IMG/VR virus record: IMGVR_UViG_3300042545_001008
Coordinates: 1 to 33,834 of that record
DNA length: 33,834 nucleotides
Origin: a virus
Lineage: Duplodnaviria; Caudoviricetes
Reading direction: 5' to 3' (one strand)
Below the pieces are notes generated by a model. It was not told the DNA's origin and made no database searches. It worked only from the letters and a program-made list of their open reading frames with translations. Every line of letters begins with the position of its first letter. Within the stretch, counting starts at the first letter, position 1. This document shows positions 30,601 to 33,834 of the stretch, in pieces. Made by a program: the position numbers and the translations under genes.

Positions 30601-31786
30601 CTGCCTTCTCCGCCGTGTCCTTATCCAGCGCATTCTTGAGGTCGTTCTGCTTCTTGATTGCGAGATCCAGTGCGTGAACCGCGGAAGCCGGCCCTCGATA
30701 CGCCGCATCCGCCGTATCAAATTCGGCTTTCCGCGCCTCCAGAGTCTGCTGCACAATCGGCTCCACCTTCCCTCCATTTGCCAGCGCCAAGTTTTCCACG
30801 TTCTTGCGTGCCGCATCATAGGCCACCTTTGCTTTGTCCCGGGACGACTTCAGCGCCGAAAATGGAATGCCGTCAGCAGCATCCGTGACGTTCCCACTGG
30901 CATCGTAAAGCTGCTTGGTCGCCTCGAATGCACGCTGATCCTCCATCCGCCGCAGTTCCACACGCGCCTTGTCGTGCTTGGCGCGGAGTGAATCAACTTC
31001 CAGCGTCGCCTCCTGCCGCTTCTGCCAGTGCTCATCCACCCCGATGTCATGCCTCACACCATCTTCCTCGTAATACCGCTCCCCGGTTTCGGCATCCCGG
31101 TGCAGCTTGCCCTCGTGCTCCAGGTCTTTCGGGATTGGATCCCCGTTCTCCGGCTGGTAATCCCTCACCCACCGCCCGCTCTCCGCGTTGTAATACGATT
31201 TTCCGATGAAGCCCGCCGTCTTTTTCAACGTGCCGTCATCGTTCAGCGCCACCGTTTCGGTTCCGTCCGGTGCAACCGTCGTCTGGACGCCAGTGCTCTT
31301 GAGATATTTGAGCCGCCCCGCCTCCGCCTTCTTCTGCGCAGCCATCCCGGCCGCCGCCTCACGCCGCCCAGCCACGTCCGCCGCCCGCGCCTGCCGCTGT
31401 TGCGCCGCAGCCTGGCGCTCGGCATCCCGCTGTTGCGCCGCAGCCTGGCGCTCGGCATCCCGCTGTTGCGCCGCAGCCTGGCGCTCGGCATCGCGCACGC
31501 CCTGCTCGGCCACCGACACGTTCAGCCGCGTCGCCTGTTCATCGGTCATCCCCTCCGGCCTGCCAATCGCACCCATCGCCGCCAGCTTTTCCAGCCGTGC
31601 AGAATGGTTTTCTCCAGTCTCACCCGGAAGGGCATCGGGGCGGAATGCCGCGTCAAACTGGTTCGCCGGCATCGGCCTCGGCGAAGGCGTTGGCGCATCC
31701 GCCACCGCATCCTCCGGGTTCACATTGGGTTCGTCCGGGTTAAGTTCGTCCGGGTTGAGGTCTTCGGTGTCAGGAGGCCATGCCAT
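15638..31786 (-). CDS. Giant polyvalent protein, probable internal virion/ejection protein (5382 aa)
   Basis: Uninterrupted 16.1-kb ORF. Coiled-coil and Gly-rich hydrophobic N-terminal part, a central string of enzymatic modules (listed separately), helical C-terminal ~1060 aa. Lies in the morphogenesis region. Confidence 0.9.
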   Translation of the reverse strand: MAWPPDTEDLNPDELNPDEPNVNPEDAVADAPTPSPRPMPANQFDAAFRPDALPGETGENHSARLEKLAAMGAIGRPEGMTDEQATRLNVSVAEQGVRDAERQAAAQQRDAERQAAAQQRDAERQAAAQQRQARAADVAGRREAAAGMAAQKKAEAGRLKYLKSTGVQTTVAPDGTETVALNDDGTLKKTAGFIGKSYYNAESGRWVRDYQPENGDPIPKDLEHEGKLHRDAETGERYYEEDGVRHDIGVDEHWQKRQEATLEVDSLRAKHDKARVELRRMEDQRAFEATKQLYDASGNVTDAADGIPFSALKSSRDKAKVAYDAARKNVENLALANGGKVEPIVQQTLEARKAEFDTADAAYRGPASAVHALDLAIKKQNDLKNALDKDTAEKAANLKLLNRTRYAPKTATAPMMVQFEETRDGVLGELKAAQGARAKAVEDLTTLRDKALLKPEVAAKVPELEARVAAADEGVRQAAVKAMGFTKLAGEVRDASLALDAAHEAAEPKLAAISQARRKAFADAALAPEGAGDWQKVEQVFVKARAAVNEPLAAAREAAKAAHAKLLDTFKTPEAWAASETMGIAAAEISSKANEWAGRSGGSVLEGTVLALDAARKVSPMVDGQSADAMYERAKAALARGGNLDLAGPDAVPEVGKVSLEVPLNQLQRDIANVNASHETQRDAKRALRQAAEKLVEARDVGGKQNNFGGQWGQALKDLTNLDEAIVTIHERESKLREDIAKIEAQEKADGSSHGFKRFMAQTNSTLGGIASTLTRFTLGRSAAQVMRTREAEAAQQLIGNLDAAGAEQVFKAWPEMEKQWEAGKSVMSAEQRAAHEKAVADGKASWVTMDDGNQRLRLLGSGKQKAALMSLNLTLGGAESLIRELEAGKFGAQATATGNAFYQALIGVGAGNIEVDENNPQEVAQRAFLSEKLAKVVDDKLHWINVIAAGGGSMLSFMCAGLVGRLAEARLAAGGVESAMALNLTRGGITGGMYGTDISMKGSDRSMGAFNRLADIASEGVPLMLSERWGDFLGEKVAHKLSTLGKSPWAQSAGKFAGRMAGLGGGEMASDVGQNMMQGQSPFDGWAESLVGSGGMIGLGGALLGTITDRWNRPKGGRAMAGRWEAMHEALDAARTTLDAANQSNDPVAMGVAQGAAGTALDAIHEETGRLLAVSSAASRNLGNLIGVESRALAPALSSNPHLQVAAVAMGAEGRDIWLPGNKQQAAKMIVEREGGFDNESEGLGQAVINAHVGAAMARDLADVAEKGRQLAPDKAAKLAELGLVAQAEDGRLVVTEQAVPLLPAALRKAIVAAPAKFNVVITGGAMESANHALRLADQGLDILVNATRRVTAAAGEAVRRAAARSGAAGTSNAQRPTPNVQGGNAAAASTGGTWNVEAVDAQGNVANFPVPGGNEAAARANVAKRKGPGWTIQKITPVAVDGGAGSASAVGDENSPPSDAEAASAGQPQGGGGQAGASGVSQTNQLGGAGSSAAQASGGGGNAGGAQGGASGASGGQGGGPTGAAAAGIASSASGAKFYTGLGKNGQAGKRLAALERAGVTVKQTAGSTLAHLDGEKLSIHLNPAEFESGDHANAAVDEEIWHFFGGQALLEMYRAEKQAGTFTGTADQYRAQWMRGALEDLKTRIATIADPAERQDATDAVLGAFNVYYGDLQSAAGRAKTLDEAMQQIADGIQIGTQEDGTDVFAADWAFAMELDRMLNQKQLTEETWKLFGSSKLGQWVRSAVDAIKRLAAKLLDMGHPLHASEMAKLGREVRATMAKWFEKGGTDVEGEDLAAAVAGTPNAQRPTPNAQGAENAENAGPTPAVQPDKPLTPKQEALKQRREFKRRQRELPPSPGGEDAIDFLLNDIGKLRSRGTAFDREMKNRGKLTRDVDGTNFFKLVSKRIGGEYDGVGYLPERLRAGLFAARGQGVALDEAAQMMADANLIADAHVDTMLVALAGAFQTRLAVEAQALAHERDAAEQQAKDADFKQDAAKPAAGTQLIRPEDGTLAIGDEVEVAGTKLKVIAVAADQVTLEDGDTYGIQDVYSGETIYAKIEPAEQGEDEGQGAVLAKQNPNQREFGGEVATPAVSAFAEQAEAETQRRAAADAEAAFLRDAGRLAEKADLIAGMVPARGDVPLLKSLVEDDAVLGPVGVRMRDALDTIRARMNRNIMQRNHLMQSGDSLFGGPAAEVAKLNGKIVTDAKACAALLRKIAEIQSAQGTLALPEAVKPAAGDSEKTLAGKQRAANALAILQAEKAAKFKGANAGDTTADMFGGGETPLFDAAKGGVGKFAPGQEQGSLFAKMVQEEGGSLLAKVAFHGTPHKVDAFRLEKIGTGEGAQVYGWGLYFAENKAVAEEYRNTLSTKQQIRDGRFPGDNHVWNGRAIETGSIEAQAAIAFTLNGGNIAAAKRTAASWLRQTAAKSRERDRFQRVYDLVSSQRTNPVSSAPAGNTYTVTLDVEPDELLDWDKPLSEQSEKVRRALARAFGMPVGEKQIEQPGSDAYRALQDSNDEEVDARRYASTQLQKAGIPGIRYLDQGSRGIGATGGALSVQPDAAGDGWVIVTAAKFYKSGPYATQEIAERTLREMQGAQTYNYVIFDEGKIRITHRNGEPVEREAAGQMQGSLLAKVDREGKGGYESRHERETAARVRQALVDLSRGEGGVSQDAYAHVAGNAGRIAEEQSLPSDEAERRALIEWAVKNKRVIPPQKFAGRKEDDGGVEHRVFFKEFGDRVGKVTLDKPQFPLEYLERMALSDAVFGGGEKLEGITFYPESHRLALVISQPYIKGPNPIEAEIDAWMKARGFPKKSEKTHGVYVGHGLAVTDASPKNWKKNPATGTLTPIDIRVAEHVPQGGALLAKHDPKQGDFGGDFATAGLGLWDRAPALTPGAVQGYLDHADVPKALQPEAIKAIAQAQAVQGKGYARGADAVSAGGGVDRNLAGQRAAQAGVYHGLTTGDAEAVRKGIADGVPMSSILSDFVSRKIPTFDIRGAVIQSPADLAAFCMMQRTPFFESTKIAVLDNNRQVIHSQIMTVGALNETVMTPREIAGIIEEARRLNPGVPISGFVLAHNHPSGDPDPSNADLNATDKAMEAGRRIGTPLLDHVITNGGRFFSFLESGQLSERPNAFPGDKDYRLPKLDKPDGPALADWEAVAAHTRRELMQGPTAAAIMRTLKTADPDHLHVLHLDTKLKLIAAHRYPVDADMGVIAREAAGGAAYGAILSFPAKTAAPGSTQFSARETTMIHEFKAAMKDVWVRPIDAITASGGSAAHSGVMEAARNPALHEALEESGGVLLAKVAFHGTPHEVDNFRLEKIGTGEGAQAYGWGLYFAENPEVAQSYRHAGRSDLKRFRPTDEARRMFSEHYGREAVIGRVHGMDVESLASFVKGGGGLAQQMRSEVPAPLLQELDKSEAVGNTYTVSLDVEPDELLDWDKPLSEQSGKVRRTLQSVPLTDGPVLEADGVSHYNKPRTGAGFYNRLAARSGVRPSDGLRGGYNDFQAASAKLASLGIPGIRFLDHGSRGIPAVSDDIQIVSGASGSWVALDRKNNTGLGSFDSKAAAERHVEELRNGRTYNYVIFDEAKIQITHKNGEPVAKDDRQSGALLAKSGAGQRDGASALAEWNGADGRRLRTASLNLTALVQDNLGLAVSIARGYSNVTAPMEDVVSEARLALVKAARGWQPDKGPFGNYAARAIRNSLNSMFTGEGAQARAEVATLDAETGETWKDNVSRNGADEVTRPIEDRETREGMQAAIAKLPEYPRSILFGLMEGRTMEDIAEEKGVSKQAISKVAQTARAAVKAIMQRAGFKGVDSDGVLLAKPVDPVPAFYSALTRTVQALPQETMTVQQARAAIEKGAKKDEIARSGILEDPLSPLAGKHPGEKVTKAELTGYALQRQATVQDVVLQSLTDFRSEMIAKYGRSNWRRDMTTKEVAREDALSKDEASPHFSQYQLPGADEGSYREMFVTWPKQTAPAIEHVTFAELERKNPKLAAAFDDELAMIHGSVTPAQRDVELNNHLYSGTWNPTELRDELHREFPTYRAQVAKFDAGLGKNWRDGHSQYSDIANPIVRFRRNIRTDAEGRRTYFIEEMQGPGKGEQEKMPPELRKRIYEIGMKRALRDAVDEGADAIAWTTGEQQAERYDLSKQVDAVFHSPGFTPGTYNIDVERDGRSVMAKQNQTADQLAEIVGKELTAKIVAGEGSGVAELKRLSGGDLKVGGEGLKRVYDQMLPSIANDLAKKFGVKAGRAEIPDKDSFTTESYQAFLTRNSLRGSQENNERYMRERRNVPEGTVSVHSLAIPEALKTQQRTQGSALFAKHAEASSLGAGQGMSVGGVLVESALDQAQIAREREATLKKLDPPTPGGTMMPGEKLSVMGDIYSFLFKGWKDAMERGAPGTKDAVDAGEIRAAKAAAATREMMERMLADARAGLDAVHGGKGKALFKQFAAELLPTASRLNATGVDVDGNPTFSTFDQRAGIIFKNQAEASGVTTGQWLERGTEFLKVGNYIEDAGGYQLLRELSPERQQKIYDTFMERFNGAGHYLTLWISPDMADARVTDSRGTVLPEFNRHALRKFFGEVSPHGELDAVEGYVPEIQRTRSLAGMIGQGVTNLLNKNFKSGAREYKSGQARETGEVKNLFEGFAIRAMEAHAERSRREMAERLIPLAVKDIPAVGGVPSGWMAVNTHALPQLAQAYGAAMGMSKEQLVKWTNAVATQDMDALRKLCGKAWQDLTGNKMMRKEVFAALVRPMAATQSGSAIMRFFASMTRSAVAAFLVRPSTAFMNFVGNEVFKGMRLIQQAQVSLLLRKADPQAARVSASEAWNLTKGIVTNRWFIPARRRMMDAVAPMEYSEGNSQIAGAAQSMTEAKMTAWEHLKQANVPAALLKLTRFGEMDPRAKQQLQFASLIAHAEVAAEDAEKQGFKFANRKQRMQWMQSWLAKQPDDLMVQARAVGLAYAMDYDNVPWWLDPGHRFAVGTVDMTPVVNVGRNLVLPYFRWAYNYMRNTKRWLGGGSADVVTWLGAKLASAPFLAGTEAGKRMKAAAEERGVPEMNPKLAHSIANLGTFTLMQAAAYAILHLGRGGGDDDKDRVDRLGRSFDQAGKRMDRAFDTSSRMDISDIPVLGTATRALARMFGEQKDGDSYWLRTRQIPYASVLLATATSLDALGADKAHARGLQTEAANMWREFAGDLVSEGILLTVVNKVRGNESKYTGSQSVSTTLGGMATDFALARVAPQPMLSMVRDLVDPQQRRLTPNEKLGYDPGVMEGVKSRLPFASKTLPPAGKIKTKLLDNAVEELAQVQAKGHTNATNFGVNKDGKPTATFVDPADDRRLPRWKTLLGYGLVNIKPVDKAGYERAVHGEEGDYKREMRKAMLNGKR
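18845..20314 (-). other. Unassigned module of the giant protein (FYSAL...YREMFV...FIEEMQG...AWTTGEQQAERYDLSKQV)
   Basis: Bounded by GVLLAK and GSALFAK. I recognise the motif series from other large phage proteins but cannot name the family. Confidence 0.55.
20333..20953 (-). other. Sigma-70 family module (regions 2 and 4) of the giant protein
   Basis: Region 2: LVQDNLGLAVSIARGY...EDVVSEARLALVKAARGWQPDKGPFGNYAARAIRNSL. Region 4 HTH: IAKLPEYPRSIL...GRTMEDIAEEKGVSKQAISK. Confidence 0.85.
20972..21880 (-). other. ADP-ribosyltransferase-like module 2 (ART-PolyVal-like)
   Basis: AFHGTPH...IGTGEGAQAYGWGLYFAEN...LLDWDKPLSEQ...GIPGIRFLD...YNYVIFDE. Confidence 0.75.
21899..23191 (-). other. RadC-like JAB module followed by a degenerate second JAB-like copy
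   Basis: Intact AHNHPSGDPDPSNAD (core at 22523-22564), upstream E...VLDNNRQVI, downstream LLDHVI. The second lobe (HLHVLHLDTKLKLI...VRPIDAI) lacks the HxH ligands. Confidence 0.85.
23210..23884 (-). other. Ser/Thr/Tyr kinase-like module (Kinase-PolyVal-like)
   Basis: GGVEHRVF, VGKVT, EYLERM, VISQPYIKG, catalytic DASPKN, and PID. Confidence 0.75.
23903..24823 (-). other. ADP-ribosyltransferase-like module 1 (ART-PolyVal-like)
   Basis: AFHGTPH...IGTGEGAQVYGWGLYFAEN...LLDWDKPLSEQ...GIPGIRYLD...YNYVIFDE. Confidence 0.75.
26344..26378 (-). repeat. AACGCCC x5 heptamer array in a linker of the giant gene
   Basis: gggcgtt x5 on the plus strand. Encodes TPNAQRPTPNAQ. Confidence 0.95.
26425..27170 (-). 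other. Zincin-like metallopeptidase domain with an EExxH variant motif (approximate bounds)
   Basis: Beta-strand LSIHLNP followed by helix AAVDEEIWH (EEIWH at 26972-26986) and a distal Glu in FAMELDRM (26636-26638). Confidence 0.5.
27640..27674 (-). repeat. AACGYCC x5 heptamer array in a linker of the giant gene
   Basis: ggacgtt, gggcgtt x3, ggacgtt on the plus strand. Encodes TSNAQRPTPNVQ. Confidence 0.95.
31394..31492. repeat. Perfect 3 x 33-bp tandem repeat encoding DAERQAAAQQR
   Basis: ccgctgttgcgccgcagcctggcgctcggcatc x3. Confidence 0.95.
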
Positions 31787-31821
31787 AAATTCAGAGGGTT
31801 GGGAGCGCCAAGCCCGCGATT

Positions 31822-33081
31822 TTACAGCGAGGCGTTCAACATCCGCCGCCGCCGTTCCACGTCGGAATCAGCAGCAGGCACATCCTTCGTCCGGTCCATC
31901 ATCCCGGAAGTCAGCCCGTCCATTCCACCAGCATTCGCAATCCCCAGCGGTGATCTGCGGTTCCCACCCGGACGGCCCAACGCTCCGTATCCAATCCTTG
32001 CGTTTTCGGTCGGGGTGAGCGGGATGCTTCGCATTGACAATGAAAGACGCTCCATCATGTCGCGCTCCTCCTCTGATCCACGGGCAGGTTGCTCGACTCC
32101 AGTTGAAGGAGATGAAGGCACAGGCTTAGGCATCCCTTCCAAAAGCGTGTTGCGCCCGCGATACGCTTTGTCGGCCGCGACCCCCGCAAGTGCGGCGTCA
32201 ATCGTGGACGGGTCTGGCGCGTTCGCCGAATTGGTCGGGCCTGCATCGCTCGCAGGCGCGGGCGCAGGCTTTCCGTCCAGAATCTTCGCCACAGGCAGCG
32301 ATGCCGCGGGGATTCGACGCTGCGCATCCTCCGCGCTCTGAGCCATCGCCGCGACCCTCTTATTCACCCCGGCCTTCACCCCGGCCAGCGTGTCCGCGAA
32401 CCGCTGCCGCTCGGAAACAAATTTCGACCCGTCCTCATTGTAAATCCCAGCCGTAGCCGCCGCAGGAGCGGCATCGAACCGGGAGGTTCCCGAACCGTAA
32501 ATGCCAGTGATGCTACGGGACCCATCCGGGCGAACGACCAATGTAGATCCATCCGGCATCGAGCCAGTAGTGCCTCCGTTCAGCGATGCAGCACGCTGCT
32601 CGGCACCCGATGCAGCGCCGGCTGCCATCGCCGCCCCGATCATCATCGGACCCACACCCGGCACGACCATATCCGCCGCCGCGCTCGAACCGCGGACGGA
32701 ATCCGACCGCGGTGTGAGACTACCCTGCGGTTCAGGAGCGCGCAGTGCCACCTGCCTGCCGAGCGCGTTTTCCGGCACAACCAGCGCCCCCGGTCGAGGT
32801 GCCGCATCCGGCCCGCGCTGTGCGACCGTCGGCTGCGTGGGAATCCGCGGCTTGGAGAAGTTGAAAAATGCAGACGGCTCCACCTTCAAGTTATTGCGGC
32901 CCGAGGGTGCCATCTCCGTGGTCTTGCCGCGATACAGCCCGCCATTGATTGTGCCGCGCTGAATATCCCCATTGATACCCCGCTCAACCGTACGCATCCC
33001 CATCCGCTTCACATCAGGCAGATCCGCATTGATCACGAGCGGGCGTTTCCGACGGGCGAATAGAGTGCTGAAATCGGACAT
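31822..33081 (-). CDS. Low-complexity Ala/Gly/Pro/Arg-rich protein, possible internal virion protein (419 aa)
   Basis: Long ORF on the coding strand directly upstream of the giant gene. Looks mostly disordered, with one hydrophobic stretch (MVVPGVGPMMIGAAMAAGAA). Confidence 0.6.
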   Translation of the reverse strand: MSDFSTLFARRKRPLVINADLPDVKRMGMRTVERGINGDIQRGTINGGLYRGKTTEMAPSGRNNLKVEPSAFFNFSKPRIPTQPTVAQRGPDAAPRPGALVVPENALGRQVALRAPEPQGSLTPRSDSVRGSSAAADMVVPGVGPMMIGAAMAAGAASGAEQRAASLNGGTTGSMPDGSTLVVRPDGSRSITGIYGSGTSRFDAAPAAATAGIYNEDGSKFVSERQRFADTLAGVKAGVNKRVAAMAQSAEDAQRRIPAASLPVAKILDGKPAPAPASDAGPTNSANAPDPSTIDAALAGVAADKAYRGRNTLLEGMPKPVPSSPSTGVEQPARGSEEERDMMERLSLSMRSIPLTPTENARIGYGALGRPGGNRRSPLGIANAGGMDGLTSGMMDRTKDVPAADSDVERRRRMLNASL

Positions 33082-33087
33082 GCTTCC

Positions 33088-33116
33088 CGCCTAGCCTCTC
33101 GGTCTTTTCCTGTCAA
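33088..33116 (-). promoter_or_regulatory. Candidate promoter for the 419-aa/giant gene unit
   Basis: Perfect TTGACA (33116-33111), 17-nt spacer, weak -10 TAGGCG, ATG 6 nt later (would give a leaderless mRNA). Confidence 0.35.
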
Positions 33117-33168
33117 CGTCTATTTTCCGCTCCCTCCCGCAATCGTTCACGCCCATGCCTGTTCACAC

Positions 33169-33208
33169 AACCGCGTGAGGGCGGAAAGCCCTTTTACGCG
33201 GCGCGGTT
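33169..33208 (-). terminator. Stem-loop just after the terminase stop; terminator or REP-like palindrome
   Basis: ccgcgtg-agggc-ggaaa-gccct-tt-tacgcgg. No strong U-tract. Confidence 0.4.
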
Positions 33209-33216
33209 CAACTTCT

Positions 33217-33834
33217 TCACCCCGCGCGCCGCCGCTTCCGCGTCCGATACCGCGCCGCGCCGTCAATCAGATACGCCCCCATCGCGAGCGCGAGAACATC
33301 GTCGTCGTGTCGCCCGTGCGCCGCCGCGAACCGCCCGCGCTTGTCCCGCACGAACGTCTCCAGCTCCTCGACGATGTGCATGTCCTCAATCTCCATCCCT
33401 GGCACCCATTCCTTCTTCCCGTCGTCGCGCTCCACTTCCATCCCATGCACCAGCGATTGCAGCCTCGTGATAATCGCGTGCCGCGTCTCCTCGGTCTGCG
33501 AGAACCCAAGCTGCTCCGTGACTTTCTCAGTCACCCGCGTGAGGATCTGCTGACGATACAGGTTCAGCCCCGCGCGCTTCGCGCCGACGACCACCCACTC
33601 CCCCTTGTTCGTCTCCACCACGAGCGTGCAGTTGCCATACCAACGGCACAGCATCGCCAGCACGTAGAGGAACACCCGCTCCGTCGGATGATGTTCGAGC
33701 ACTTGCCACATGATGCGCGCCACCACGCGCGGCCTGCGGTGCAGCACCTTGCCATCGGGCAACACCGTGTCGTCCCCCGCGCGCAGCACGAGCACGCTCG
33801 AATTGTCCAAGTCGCCCTCGCCATCCGTCACGTC
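33217..33834 (-). CDS. terL: Terminase large subunit, C-terminal RNase H-like nuclease domain (5' part outside the window)
   Basis: EGDLDNSSVLV, YGNCTLVVETN, GLNLY, LGF, ELETFV, AAHGRHDDDVLALAMG. Confidence 0.9.
   Translation of the reverse strand, partial: DVTDGEGDLDNSSVLVLRAGDDTVLPDGKVLHRRPRVVARIMWQVLEHHPTERVFLYVLAMLCRWYGNCTLVVETNKGEWVVVGAKRAGLNLYRQQILTRVTEKVTEQLGFSQTEETRHAIITRLQSLVHGMEVERDDGKKEWVPGMEIEDMHIVEELETFVRDKRGRFAAAHGRHDDDVLALAMGAYLIDGAARYRTRKRRRAG

Noticed and set aside
15638-31786. Giant protein as an N4- or crAss-like virion RNA polymerase
   Set aside because: I found no convincing RNAP catalytic motif (DxDxD in double-psi-barrel context, or T7-like motifs). The recognisable domains are ART, kinase, JAB and sigma. 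A structure search of the terminal regions would be needed to exclude it fully.
15638-31786. Inteins as the explanation for the embedded modules
   Set aside because: No C/S...HN-[CST] splice junctions or LAGLIDADG motifs noticed at module boundaries.
3437-32341. Long plus-strand ORFs (e.g. 3437-5248, 13577-15430, 15602-17440, 27645-29078, 31028-32341) and alternative-frame minus ORFs (e.g. 16944-18620)
   Set aside because: Shadows of real minus-strand genes in high-GC DNA. Arg/His/Ala/Ser-biased translations with no recognisable motifs.
1-33834. tRNA, rRNA, integrase or transposase genes
   Set aside because: None recognised. Intergenic spaces are short, and prophage versus free phage cannot be decided from this window.

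Overview
A high-GC segment of a tailed-phage (or prophage) virion and packaging region. All credible genes are on the minus strand. In transcription order (right to left): C-terminal part of the terminase large subunit; a 419-aa low-complexity protein; a 5382-aa polyvalent protein; a small putative ssDNA-binding protein; a DEDDh exonuclease; portal; small structural proteins; a beta-solenoid fibre cassette; a lysis cassette (holin-like, lipoprotein and spanin-like genes, M15 endolysin); scaffold; an N4-gp56-type major capsid protein with an unusual signal-peptide-like leader; a SAP/HeH protein; a head-tail adaptor; and tail proteins. The main finding is the giant protein. Behind an EExxH zincin-like domain it carries two ADP-ribosyltransferase-like modules, a protein kinase, a RadC/JAB module, a sigma-70 (regions 2+4) module and an unassigned module. 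Every module boundary is marked by the same peptide, G-x-[LV]-[LF]-A-K (9 copies, written with different codons), suggesting a virion-delivered effector polyprotein that is cut into pieces. A second pattern is four dispersed AACGYCC heptamer arrays of exactly five units inside coding sequence, one interrupted by a 42-bp palindrome. All domain names come from motif recognition by eye; no database searches were run.
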